Source of the DNA: a virus
Lineage: Duplodnaviria > Caudoviricetes
Virus record (IMG/VR): IMGVR_UViG_3300027754_002235
Location: 1 to 56,257 of that record
Direction: 5' to 3' (one strand)
Length of the DNA: 56,257 nt
A model generated the notes under the pieces. The model was not told the origin of the DNA, made no database searches, and saw nothing but the letters and a program-made list of their open reading frames with translations. Numbering within the stretch: position 1 is the first letter of the stretch; each line of letters starts with the position of its first letter. Position numbers and translations under genes: made by a program. This document shows, piece after piece, positions 7,339-17,120 of this stretch.

Positions 7339-8822
7339 GAAATTACAGGAACATTATAAAGTTTTTCAAATCTATCAGCATCGGTTCTATCATTAACCAT
7401 TGGCTCACCGCGTATGTTTAATGATGTATTCAACAACATTGGGCAACCTGTTAACACATACCACTTCTCTAATAGTTCTCTTATGCCCGATCCGTCTTTT
7501 GGTACAGTTTGTACACGGCTAGTATTGTCCACGTGTACAATAGCAGGGAATAATTCAGGGACTCTACATCTACTGATAACTTGCATATACCTACTATTAC
7601 TAAAACCCTTAGGCATATCAAAATAAGTATCAGCATATTCCTCTAATATAACAGGGGCAAATGGTCTAAACTGTTGTCTACGTTTAATGTCATTTACTTT
7701 GTTTTTTATTTCACTTCCTCTTGGGTCTGCAAGTAAACTTCTATGTCCAAGGGCTCTAGGGCCGAACTCAGCACGACCACTAGCCACACCAACAATTCCA
7801 GTGGTATTAAGATGATCCAATAACTTATTAACAGGGTACAGACCAGGGATATTATGACCAAGATAAGCATCAGTCCAATTAAGATGTTTACCGTAACCCA
7901 AAGCAGCGGCTCCAAGACTAGAACCAGCATCGCCAGGATTAGGAATAATCCAAATGTTGTCATAATATTCTCCTAACAATCTATTTGCCAAACAATTTAA
8001 TGCTACACCACCACCATACACTAGATTCTTACTAGTACCTAACATTCTTGCTTTACTGATAACATTCATTATCATTTGTTCAACTATCAATTGTGCGCTA
8101 TGTGCTATATCCATATCATCTGCACCTTTGATAAAATCATCAGGTACACCTATATGTAGATTTTCTTTGAATGACACATCACTAAATGATGCTATTAAAG
8201 TATTAGACATTTCTCGCAAAGGTCTAGTGTTACCATATGCTGCCATACCCATCAGTATATATTCTTCATCTAATGGTTTAAGACCTGCCCGTTTAGTCAT
8301 TGCTGAGTAAAACAACCCAATACTATCTGGATAATGTCGTCCCCATAGTTTTTTATACTTAGCTATTCCATTCTCATACCATGCATTATAAATGCTTATA
8401 GTGTCAAATTCACCTATAGCATCAATGACAACTACCGTAGCGTCATTGTGGGGACTTGTTTGAAAGCCTGCGGCTGCATGACTTAAATGATGATTATGAG
8501 TATGAACTTTACCCCCGTCAGTTATTTTATTGAATAACTCTTTACCTATAAGTTGTTTAGCTGAAATGTGTGCGAGTGAGGGTTTTTCTCCGCTATATAA
8601 CTGTCGTAAATATTTTATTAATGGACGCTCATAATAATGAACTTCAATATCACGTGAGGTAGCGTGTGCTAACGCATCTGTTACTATATCTATACTTAAA
8701 TGTTTATCGTGTTTGTGCTTAGTATAGCGTTCACTATGTCCGGCAAACAATATATTGCCGGTATTGTCAACAATACTCACAGCGGAATCATGGAAACCTG
8801 CAGATATCCCTAAATAATTCAT
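7335..8822 (-). CDS. Carbamoyltransferase (NodU/CmcH/TobZ family)
   Basis: GISAGFHDSA, HHLSHAAA, VIDAIGE, MGMAAYG, GGVALNC, PGDAG, EFGPRALGHRS, FRPFAP, HVDNTSRVQTV and LLNTSLN motifs. Confidence 0.95.
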   Translation of the reverse strand: MNYLGISAGFHDSAVSIVDNTGNILFAGHSERYTKHKHDKHLSIDIVTDALAHATSRDIEVHYYERPLIKYLRQLYSGEKPSLAHISAKQLIGKELFNKITDGGKVHTHNHHLSHAAAGFQTSPHNDATVVVIDAIGEFDTISIYNAWYENGIAKYKKLWGRHYPDSIGLFYSAMTKRAGLKPLDEEYILMGMAAYGNTRPLREMSNTLIASFSDVSFKENLHIGVPDDFIKGADDMDIAHSAQLIVEQMIMNVISKARMLGTSKNLVYGGGVALNCLANRLLGEYYDNIWIIPNPGDAGSSLGAAALGYGKHLNWTDAYLGHNIPGLYPVNKLLDHLNTTGIVGVASGRAEFGPRALGHRSLLADPRGSEIKNKVNDIKRRQQFRPFAPVILEEYADTYFDMPKGFSNSRYMQVISRCRVPELFPAIVHVDNTSRVQTVPKDGSGIRELLEKWYVLTGCPMLLNTSLNIRGEPMVNDRTDADRFEKLYNVPVIS

Positions 8823-8920
8823 TACTTATATATAAATGGATCACGTTTACGCAATTCTTTTAAACGTTTGCGATATCTTAAATACTCTCTTAATTTTCTA
8901 AACCAGCCAAATATATTCAT
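8822..8920 (-). CDS. Small basic peptide (32 aa) coupled to the carbamoyltransferase
   Basis: Hand translation MNIFGWFRKLREYLRYRKRLKELRKRDPFIYK*; its TAA overlaps the carbamoyltransferase ATG (TAATG); GGA upstream. Confidence 0.7.
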   Translation of the reverse strand: MNIFGWFRKLREYLRYRKRLKELRKRDPFIYK

Positions 8921-8934
8921 CATTTTAGTCCATC

Positions 8935-8950
8935 ATAAATATCTATTTAG
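8935..8950. promoter_or_regulatory. Pair of oppositely oriented late promoter-like motifs
   Basis: ATAAATA on + (8935-8941) and CTAAATA on - (8950-8944) between divergent genes. Confidence 0.55.
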
Positions 8951-8978
8951 TAAATCAACACATCACAGGAACTTAATA

Positions 8979-10037
8979 GTGGATAACGTAAATTATGAAT
9001 TTACCCCGGGCAAGCCAATACGCACATACGGGGCAAACGGAACATGGAGAGATTGGAGCACTGATGAATTAGTAGGTGCTAAATTAAATTATCTTCAGGG
9101 TTGGAAATGCGGAGCAGGAGTTGACAGTTTATTCATAGATATGGATGGTGGTGTTTGGACTGCTAGCTGTCGTGTAGGTGGTAAATTGGGAAGTGTATGG
9201 GATGATTTTATTGTACCCGAAGATTGGATTGATTGTACTAAAAACGTATGTAGTTGTGGTGCTGATTTATTCATACCCAAAACTAGTATCATTGAGTTTA
9301 AACCTATATTAAGAAAAGGTCAAGGATTACCTGCTCAACCTGAATTACGCAATGATAACTTAACAGAATATGTTGGTATGGAACGCACTCATGCTAGTAC
9401 ACAAAAACAGATATATTGGGAAATAGGTCGTAGATGTAACTATGACTGTAGCTATTGCTGGCCGTGGATTCATAATAACACAGATCCTCACAAGTCATTG
9501 GAAGAACTAATGAAGGCTACTCATTTAATTGAGAAAAAATTCACTAAAGGAGATAGTGTTAATTTCATTATCAGCGGAGGTGAGCCAACTGTTAACAAAG
9601 ATTTCTTAGATTGGTTGCGTTATCTAAATGCATGTGGACATCATGTTAGTCTACATAGTAATGGAAGTCGTTTACCTGAATATTACAAAGAAGTTATACA
9701 CTACGGAGACTTGAACTTAAGTGTTCATTATGAATTTTATGACCGTAAGAAGTTTGTTAAAGTTGTTGAAGCTATTGCTAAAGAAAAAGCAGAACACGGA
9801 GATTGCGGTCATTTAGAAGTTAAGTTTATGATGGCACCGCATAACCGTGACGAGACATTAAGCTTAGAAGCTGAATTAAAAACATTACCTCACTTTGAGG
9901 ATTATTGTACATGGGCTATTGTTCCTATCCGAGGAGATTTGAATAATAAGAATAGTGAACCTACATTTGGATCAGGCAGTGAAGTAATGGAAGGTTATAC
10001 TAAAGAAGATTATATATTGTTTGGCGATAGAAAATGA
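8979..10037 (+). CDS. Radical SAM protein with N-terminal SPASM/twitch-like domain
   Basis: CNYDCSYC, SGGEPT, HSNG; Cys-rich domain GWKCGAG...SCRVGG...CTKNVCSC precedes the core. Start moved to GTG 8979 (AGGA upstream; avoids overlap with the minus-strand peptide). Confidence 0.9.
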   Translation: MDNVNYEFTPGKPIRTYGANGTWRDWSTDELVGAKLNYLQGWKCGAGVDSLFIDMDGGVWTASCRVGGKLGSVWDDFIVPEDWIDCTKNVCSCGADLFIPKTSIIEFKPILRKGQGLPAQPELRNDNLTEYVGMERTHASTQKQIYWEIGRRCNYDCSYCWPWIHNNTDPHKSLEELMKATHLIEKKFTKGDSVNFIISGGEPTVNKDFLDWLRYLNACGHHVSLHSNGSRLPEYYKEVIHYGDLNLSVHYEFYDRKKFVKVVEAIAKEKAEHGDCGHLEVKFMMAPHNRDETLSLEAELKTLPHFEDYCTWAIVPIRGDLNNKNSEPTFGSGSEVMEGYTKEDYILFGDRK

Positions 10038-10771
10038 AAGTAGTATTAGTAACAGGCGGATTTGATCCATTACATTCAGGTCATATTGAGTATTTCAAGG
10101 CTGCTAAACAATTGGGATATCTTCTAATCGTAGGTGTTAATAGTGATGATTGGCTTGCACGTAAGAAAGGCCGAGCATTTATGCCCTTTAGTGAACGTAA
10201 GTTCATCATTGAAAATCTATATCAGGTACATAAAGTAATAGATTTTGATGATAGTGATAACACCGCAATAGATGCTATTAACAAAGTTAAACAACTATAT
10301 CCAAAAGCAAGTATTATTTTTGCTAACGGTGGGGATAGAACCAAAGACAATATACCTGAAATGGTGTTTGATGATGTTGAATTTGTATTTGGTGTGGGTG
10401 GGAAGAATAAAAAGAATAGTAGCAGTTGGATATTAGAAGAATGGAAAAGCCCCAAAACAGAAAGACCATGGGGATACTATCGTGTACTACATGAAGTTGC
10501 TGGTATGAAGGTTAAAGAATTAACAGTAGAACCCAATAAAAGTTTGAGTATGCAACGACATGAACAACGTGCGGAATATTGGATTGTGTCTGAGGGTGAG
10601 GCTACTATATATTGGGACTCTCATAGCAGTACAAAGTTAACCAAACATAAATCAGAAATAATACAGAAACAAGAATGGCATAGATTAGTCAATGAAACCT
10701 CTATGCCATTAAAGCTTGTTGAAATTCAGTACGGGACTAATTGCACTGAAGATGATATTGAAAGAAAATAA
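10034..10771 (+). CDS. Cytidylyl/adenylyltransferase (RfaE/TagD-like) fused to a mannose-6-phosphate isomerase-type cupin
   Basis: TGGFDPLHSGH, VGVNSD, FANGGDR; C-terminal ERPWG...SLSMQRHEQRAEYWIV...WHRL...VEIQYG...EDDIER. Confidence 0.9.
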   Translation: MKVVLVTGGFDPLHSGHIEYFKAAKQLGYLLIVGVNSDDWLARKKGRAFMPFSERKFIIENLYQVHKVIDFDDSDNTAIDAINKVKQLYPKASIIFANGGDRTKDNIPEMVFDDVEFVFGVGGKNKKNSSSWILEEWKSPKTERPWGYYRVLHEVAGMKVKELTVEPNKSLSMQRHEQRAEYWIVSEGEATIYWDSHSSTKLTKHKSEIIQKQEWHRLVNETSMPLKLVEIQYGTNCTEDDIERK

Positions 10772-12565
10772 TTAATCTTTTTTCAGTATAATTAATCTAC
10801 CGTCATGTAGAATTTTAGTCCAACCGTTATCTATCATTTTGTCAATTTCTTGCATTACATCTTTGCATTCATCACAATAATCATGTGCCGCAAGGTAACC
10901 ACCTTGTTTAATATGTTTACTCCAAAATTGTAGATTTATTGCAAGTTCGGGATTAAAGTGATTACCATCTTCAAAATATAAATCTAATTCAGTATCCCAT
11001 TGCTCTATACATTCAGGGCTACGTCCCTTTATAAATGTAACGTTAGGAAATCTTGATATGTTTTCTAAAACATGTTTTATTGAAACATCTTCTTTTAATA
11101 CTTTATCTACGATATATTCTTTAACATACGTATTATAAGGACTAACCCAATTAGAATCATTTTCACAATAATCAATGGTTGTTATTTTAGCATTAGGTAA
11201 TACTTTGGCAATCTTTGCAGTAGTAGCTCCTAAATATGTACCAATTTCAACTATATTCGCATTGTCAGGTAATTGTTTGACTATAGACAATAATGCATCT
11301 ATCTCTGGAATAGGTTCTAAATTGTCATAATTTATTTTATCTTTAATTCTAGTATTACCATAATGAACTATGTTATAATCAACCGATGTTCCTATAGTTC
11401 TCCATGGATCAACTATAATACTATTTTTGCCAAATATGAAATAAAATTCATCTTCTTTAACTTCTACACCGGTACCATAATATGTTACCGTAGGATTGTG
11501 TGCTAACAATATTACTGCGCTAGTATAGTCATGCACTATGTCGCCCGTTAACGGATCGGCATATCTTACATATACTCCTTCAGCTTCTACAAAATGGCCA
11601 ACTAATTCACTATAACTACCTATAGTATAAGATACATATGGCTTATATGCTCTACCGTGAATTATTACCGGTAAATTACGTTCTTTAGCTAACTTAACTA
11701 ATTTTAATGCTAAATTTTTAGCTTGTTGATCTCTACTATGCATTACCGCATGAAACAAATCGTAACCTAAATCTAATCGTCCTGCTAGATAACGTAGTGC
11801 AATGTTATCACGTGGATGACATGCACCAGCATCACCCATGCCTGCTGTTAAATATCTTGGTCCTGTAATTCGTTGTGTAGCGGCTTTTAATGCATCAGTT
11901 ACTACATCCACATTGATATTGCCGTTCTTTTCTGCAACATCTTGTATCATATTTACTAATCCAATCTTAGTACTAATAAATGTGTTGTAGAATATCTTAA
12001 TAGATTCAGCCTCATCCCATGTACCAACATTAATTCTAGGATCATTTGCCATTAATGGTTTGTAAAAATCTACTAATAACTTAGCATCGCCGGTTTCAGA
12101 GCCATCTTCAGTACCAATAATAATACATTCAGGATTAATCATATCCCACTTGACACTTCCCATAGCAATCAAATACGGATTATAAATGAATCTAGCATTA
12201 GTGATGCATGGTTCTAAATGGTGTCTTACTGTTCCCGGTAACACAGTTGAAATTAATACTACCAATTGTTCTTTATTAACGTATCTGTTTATTTCCGTTA
12301 ATACCTGTTGAACAATACTATAGTCAAAGTCTTTAGATGGTAGATCAGCGATAGGTTTACTGCCACCGTACATAGGGTCATGTGGTGTGGGTACTGCAAC
12401 AAAAATTAAATCTTTGCCAGTTACCGCCTCTTGTATTGTATCTAGTAATGTTATTTGAGCAGTAGGATCTTTAATTACATCATACCCAACTACATTATAA
12501 TGTTGGCTCATTACTTCAGCACAAGGTAAACCCAATTTACCGCAGCCAATCATTGCTACTTGCAT
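10772..12565 (-). CDS. UDP-glucose/GDP-mannose dehydrogenase family protein fused to a class I SAM methyltransferase
   Basis: IGCGKLG, VAVPTP, STVLPGT, AESIKIFYN, GDAGACHPRD; C-terminal VEIGTYLG...EDGNH...GGYLAAHDY. Confidence 0.9.
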   Translation of the reverse strand: MQVAMIGCGKLGLPCAEVMSQHYNVVGYDVIKDPTAQITLLDTIQEAVTGKDLIFVAVPTPHDPMYGGSKPIADLPSKDFDYSIVQQVLTEINRYVNKEQLVVLISTVLPGTVRHHLEPCITNARFIYNPYLIAMGSVKWDMINPECIIIGTEDGSETGDAKLLVDFYKPLMANDPRINVGTWDEAESIKIFYNTFISTKIGLVNMIQDVAEKNGNINVDVVTDALKAATQRITGPRYLTAGMGDAGACHPRDNIALRYLAGRLDLGYDLFHAVMHSRDQQAKNLALKLVKLAKERNLPVIIHGRAYKPYVSYTIGSYSELVGHFVEAEGVYVRYADPLTGDIVHDYTSAVILLAHNPTVTYYGTGVEVKEDEFYFIFGKNSIIVDPWRTIGTSVDYNIVHYGNTRIKDKINYDNLEPIPEIDALLSIVKQLPDNANIVEIGTYLGATTAKIAKVLPNAKITTIDYCENDSNWVSPYNTYVKEYIVDKVLKEDVSIKHVLENISRFPNVTFIKGRSPECIEQWDTELDLYFEDGNHFNPELAINLQFWSKHIKQGGYLAAHDYCDECKDVMQEIDKMIDNGWTKILHDGRLIILKKD

Positions 12566-13827
12566 ATTTTTTCCTTAATAAAATCTATTACATCTTGTTC
12601 TGGTCTACGTGACATTAACAAGTTATAATTATGTTCTAGTATATATTTGTGTTCTTGTATTAGGTTAAATAACTGTTCTGTAGTATATTTTTTAGATATA
12701 TCTTCTACTAATTTAACTATTTTTTCCATTCTTTTATGACAATCAAATTCTTCATCATAACTTTCATCCCATAATGTATTAAATGTCTTATAGCCTAAAC
12801 TACGTAAACGTTTTAATATATAAGGATTACCTATTACTATGAAGGGCATACCTAATGCCATTGGTTTAAATGTTTTCTCTGTTAAAAATAAGTTAGTTGA
12901 ATCTGAAGAAAATAATGTTTCTGTAGTAATGAAAATTAAGTTGTTAGCTGAAAAATTATATTCTATGTTATCCCAATGATTGCTTTTAAAATCAGTAGTA
13001 TCAATTACCCAAGGCAACGAATTTAACATCTCATTGAAATTATCATTATGTTTAATTTTATCCATAAACTCATTATTGTTATAACTAACAATTTCATTTA
13101 TAGTACTTACATCTTTTAAACTAGCATTAAAATCTGGTAATATTTTTTTATTATACATTTGATACATGAAATAATATCTAATTTCTCTAGGTATACGGTT
13201 TAAACATAAAAACTTCTTTAATAATGGATTGTTTTTATCTATATTATTTGATAATGATTTAGTAGACATACGCATTGCTGTCTCAAAATATTGCCAAGTA
13301 ATCATTGTAATATCATCATCTACTATATCATTACTCATATTTCCGGATAATAAAACTACATTACTAACATTTATAGAGGCCTTAATCAATTTATTTTTTA
13401 ATAAATTATAAAATTCATGTGAGTAATAAGCACTTTCATGTGCATCATTCAACACTAATAAACATTGTCCTGAATTTACAGCATTGATTAATCCTATAGG
13501 TAAATGCTCAAAAAAATTATAATTATTAGGTATGCCCATTATACCATTGCGGGCATGATGATTACGTACCGTGTTGCCTAAATATCTAAATGTTAATACA
13601 TATATAAAAGGTTCGGTTGTGCATAATGCTTCATGCATAGTAATCGTATTAGTTTTTATATTATTTTTTTCTAATACAGTTTGTAGCGGTGCGTGATAAT
13701 CATAATAACATTCTTCAAAAATGCCATTCATTGGATAAAATTTATTATCATATGAATTTATATGCCACCTCCATGTTGGTTGATTATCTGCTACTATACC
13801 ATCGTATGCAAAATTAATTGGCTTCAT
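12556..13827 (-). CDS. Putative GT-B glycosyltransferase-like protein (GT10-like TEK motif)
   Basis: FLCLNRIPREIR, ITTET...FLTEKTFKPM...PFIVIG...LGYKTF...WDESYD. Confidence 0.55.
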   Translation of the reverse strand: MKPINFAYDGIVADNQPTWRWHINSYDNKFYPMNGIFEECYYDYHAPLQTVLEKNNIKTNTITMHEALCTTEPFIYVLTFRYLGNTVRNHHARNGIMGIPNNYNFFEHLPIGLINAVNSGQCLLVLNDAHESAYYSHEFYNLLKNKLIKASINVSNVVLLSGNMSNDIVDDDITMITWQYFETAMRMSTKSLSNNIDKNNPLLKKFLCLNRIPREIRYYFMYQMYNKKILPDFNASLKDVSTINEIVSYNNNEFMDKIKHNDNFNEMLNSLPWVIDTTDFKSNHWDNIEYNFSANNLIFITTETLFSSDSTNLFLTEKTFKPMALGMPFIVIGNPYILKRLRSLGYKTFNTLWDESYDEEFDCHKRMEKIVKLVEDISKKYTTEQLFNLIQEHKYILEHNYNLLMSRRPEQDVIDFIKEKICK

Positions 13828-15031
13828 TTAATAAATTCCAATATTCAGGGAATGTTGTTGCAAACGATTCATTTCTATAATCGTCATGTAAGTTAGTTAC
13901 TTTGACAAATTCAGCTAAATCGTTAGGTGATCCTTCATTATCTAGCATAAATGCAACTACTTCTTTAATACCAAATATGTTTTGTACATATGATAATGAA
14001 TGTTCATCTAAACTTTCAATTTTATTTTTAATAATGTTTTTTATATTAGTTGGTAAATTTTTAATAGACATTTTATCCGGCCAATGCAATAGATTAAATT
14101 TAAGATTCAACTTTAAGTTATCCGCATTATACTTTATTAATTCATCAATATAAAATATATTGTACATACTTACTGTACAATATAAACTCATTGATACATT
14201 GGATTTAACATTAGCCTGATATCTTTTTATATTACTGATTACTTCATCCCATTTAGCAGGATGACGTTGATATTCAAATCTAGGGCCAATATCATCTAAA
14301 CTGATATTAAATTCAACCAATGCCATTTTATCCCAAACATCAGCTACAACGTCATCGTAGATAGTTCCATTAGTATTGTAAAATAATTCAATATCTAATT
14401 TTCTTATGTTTGGGTAGTTAGCTAGTATTTCCATAATTCTAGCATGTTCTGGCTGAAGTAGCGGTTCACCACCGTAGAATTCAATAATATGTAGATCCGG
14501 TATAAGTTCTTTAAACGTTTCAAAATTTATCTCATTTTTAATAAACTTACGTTCTGCATACTTTCCAAATATCTTAATAGTATGCTCATGAAATTCACCT
14601 GTATCCTGTGATTCTTTTAGCCAATTTGAACTACAATAAGGTCCGCAAATTCTGCATTTTAAATTACATAAACTACTAAACTTTAAATCCATTGTAATAA
14701 TTTTAGGATCTGCATACCTTATTGGATAATTAGCACCTTTATGGCGATGCCATCTAGCAACGTTATCTCTATGTTGCCGTAAACTAGTAATACCAGCAGA
14801 TTCTTCATCCCAACATGCTTTACATGCTTCGGGTTCAACTCCATTTAAAAAATCATTTCTAATTTTTTCCATTGCAGGTTGGTAAAATAACTCTTTAATA
14901 GTTTTATCGTGTAATGTTTCAACATCAATCTCAGTATCTACTTTGTTAAGATTATACTTGCAGCAGGGTGAGACCGAGCCACTAGGATTTAATACTATAT
15001 TTGAAAAGGGGAATAAACACTTACGAGACAT
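13814..15031 (-). CDS. Twitch-domain radical SAM protein
   Basis: N-terminal CLFPF...SPCC...CKACW; CNLKCRIC; YGGEPL; TNGT; ISLDD...FEYQR. Confidence 0.9.
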   Translation of the reverse strand: MSRKCLFPFSNIVLNPSGSVSPCCKYNLNKVDTEIDVETLHDKTIKELFYQPAMEKIRNDFLNGVEPEACKACWDEESAGITSLRQHRDNVARWHRHKGANYPIRYADPKIITMDLKFSSLCNLKCRICGPYCSSNWLKESQDTGEFHEHTIKIFGKYAERKFIKNEINFETFKELIPDLHIIEFYGGEPLLQPEHARIMEILANYPNIRKLDIELFYNTNGTIYDDVVADVWDKMALVEFNISLDDIGPRFEYQRHPAKWDEVISNIKRYQANVKSNVSMSLYCTVSMYNIFYIDELIKYNADNLKLNLKFNLLHWPDKMSIKNLPTNIKNIIKNKIESLDEHSLSYVQNIFGIKEVVAFMLDNEGSPNDLAEFVKVTNLHDDYRNESFATTFPEYWNLLNEAN

Positions 15032-16419
15032 TATACTCCCTTACACATATTATAAAAATCAGTATATTCGGGAAACGTATCAGTAAACTTCATGTTTCTA
15101 CGTACATCAAAATCATCAAACCACATCCAAAATGTTTGTCTTTGATGGTTTCTATCCATAGTATTATTTCTTATACTTTCAGCTAATGTACTGATAAACT
15201 CCATGAACGCTATCCATTGACCGTACGGATCAGGTACTAGTGGCATAATGTCTTTCTTAGTATCCATGTACGCCACACATTCATCAATATACTTTGCAAA
15301 ATCAGGTGTCAATATAGATGGACTTTGATGGCTAGGAAACGTCACTACACTTTGTTTAATAGCAATTGGTCTACCATGCTTATGATATAAACTTTCAGCA
15401 TACATCACAAAATCTTTAATAGAGGATATACTTAACGCATTAATTGCCGGCATAAATCCAAATCCAAAATTCAAATCTTTATTACTCAACACCTTGTCAA
15501 CGTTACTAATGAATCTATCCCATTTAACCCCATTACGAATATACTCAGCTTTCTCTCCTACACTCTCCATACTGACAAGTATCTCAACATCAAATACTGC
15601 GCTAAGTTTAGGTAAATACGTCAAAAACTTATCTAAGTAATTCTTTGGGGTATTCATGTTAGTAACTATCCAAAAGCTTACTTTCTTTTCTGGTGCTATT
15701 GCTTTTTTACTTTCTAATAGTTTATCAACAAACGTGTAAAACTCAGGCATGATTAAAGGTTCGCCACCAATAATACCAATACGTGTGCAGTATTTTACCC
15801 CGACTGTATCAAACCACTCCCAAAACTTTTCATTAAAAATATCAGGTGCTTTAGGAAATTCTCGGTCATATTGTTCTTGTGATATACGTCCTAATTTAAT
15901 TTCTTCAGTTGCCCATTGTGTGCTGTAATGATGATTGCAGTACATACATTTCATATCACATGTGTTACCCAAACTAATCTCTAACATATAAGGATGGTTT
16001 GAACGTAATTTACTATCATTGATATCTTTAATATTTTCTAATGTTTTTAAAAAACTATCTTCAGTATATGGTTGATCGGGTATCTGCTTACGGACTGTCA
16101 TATGACGCCAATATGCTTCCGGTGTGTGCCTTGGGCTTGTCATTCCACTATCTTCAATGTTCCAGCATGTCTTACAATCAGATGTTTTTACACCTTGTAT
16201 TAAATCTAACCGACTTTGTAACATTTTAGGACTATTTAAAAATGCATCTATACCGTTAGTTTGTAGTTCTTCTTCAGTTACTTTGTTGCTAGGAGTTCTA
16301 CAGCAACTACGAAATTCTCCTCTATCCATATTAAAAATAGGATAGTTCCATTTCAAATCACATATAGTTTCTAATGGACTAACTTTATCTACCACAGTTG
16401 TTATTGGTATTGTTTTCAT
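15031..16419 (-). CDS. Twitch-domain radical SAM protein
   Basis: N-terminal CDLKW...SCCR...CKTCW; CDMKCMYC; IGGEPL; VSMES...AEYIR. Confidence 0.9.
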   Translation of the reverse strand: MKTIPITTVVDKVSPLETICDLKWNYPIFNMDRGEFRSCCRTPSNKVTEEELQTNGIDAFLNSPKMLQSRLDLIQGVKTSDCKTCWNIEDSGMTSPRHTPEAYWRHMTVRKQIPDQPYTEDSFLKTLENIKDINDSKLRSNHPYMLEISLGNTCDMKCMYCNHHYSTQWATEEIKLGRISQEQYDREFPKAPDIFNEKFWEWFDTVGVKYCTRIGIIGGEPLIMPEFYTFVDKLLESKKAIAPEKKVSFWIVTNMNTPKNYLDKFLTYLPKLSAVFDVEILVSMESVGEKAEYIRNGVKWDRFISNVDKVLSNKDLNFGFGFMPAINALSISSIKDFVMYAESLYHKHGRPIAIKQSVVTFPSHQSPSILTPDFAKYIDECVAYMDTKKDIMPLVPDPYGQWIAFMEFISTLAESIRNNTMDRNHQRQTFWMWFDDFDVRRNMKFTDTFPEYTDFYNMCKGV

Positions 16420-17120
16420 GTTATTAACTTTTTTATAAATTCTTTTACTTTTTCTGGCTCTTTTAATATATCATAAGGATTATTGGGTAATTGCTTTTTA
16501 AGGCGAATCCCCGTAATAATTGGCCTTTGAAAGTATGTTGTTAAATCTTCTATACAATTCTCATATCTGATAATGTCAGCATCAATTTTATATTCTTCAA
16601 TAACTTTATTAAAATTTAAAATATCCTTATATAAAAATTCTACATTGGTTAAATTATAGGTAGATAGGTCTATCAGATCCTTATGTATTCCATCATCGGT
16701 TGACCATTTGTTAGTAGCCTGGGCAACTATCCAACTTAATAAATGATGTTCTATATTTTCTCTTTTCATAATCAAGAATTTAAACCCCAATTGCTTCAAC
16801 GTATCTAGTATTTCTTGTAATTGTAAGGATGACAAAATTCTATCTGTAAGGAATATTTTTAAAACTAATGATTGTTGTTGATTGCTATTTTTTAAAAGAT
16901 TAAGAACATAATCAATTTGTTCTTTGTATGAATTAAATTTTGGGAATATTGGTGACGTATATAAAAAGCTGTCTTTTTGAATTATGTTATACTTAGGATG
17001 ACAATAGGTAAAAGGTTCTGATAAATTTGTCCCCCCAACAATATTTCTAGTAATTACACTTGAAATATACTGACTACCGCATCTAGGTAATCCTAATAAA
17101 CAATATCTTTGAACACTCAT
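16416..17120 (-). CDS. Sulfotransferase-like P-loop protein
   Basis: N-terminal LLGLPRCGSQY (PAPS 5'-PSB-like), EPF, KREN...S, RYE. Confidence 0.6.
   Translation of the reverse strand: MSVQRYCLLGLPRCGSQYISSVITRNIVGGTNLSEPFTYCHPKYNIIQKDSFLYTSPIFPKFNSYKEQIDYVLNLLKNSNQQQSLVLKIFLTDRILSSLQLQEILDTLKQLGFKFLIMKRENIEHHLLSWIVAQATNKWSTDDGIHKDLIDLSTYNLTNVEFLYKDILNFNKVIEEYKIDADIIRYENCIEDLTTYFQRPIITGIRLKKQLPNNPYDILKEPEKVKEFIKKLIT

Noticed and set aside
8868-8978. Extended N-terminus of the radical SAM ORF as given in the track
   Set aside because: TTG start overlaps the opposite-strand peptide and promoter motifs; GTG 8979 has an RBS. The extensions 3789-3842 and 54209-54241 were trimmed for similar reasons.
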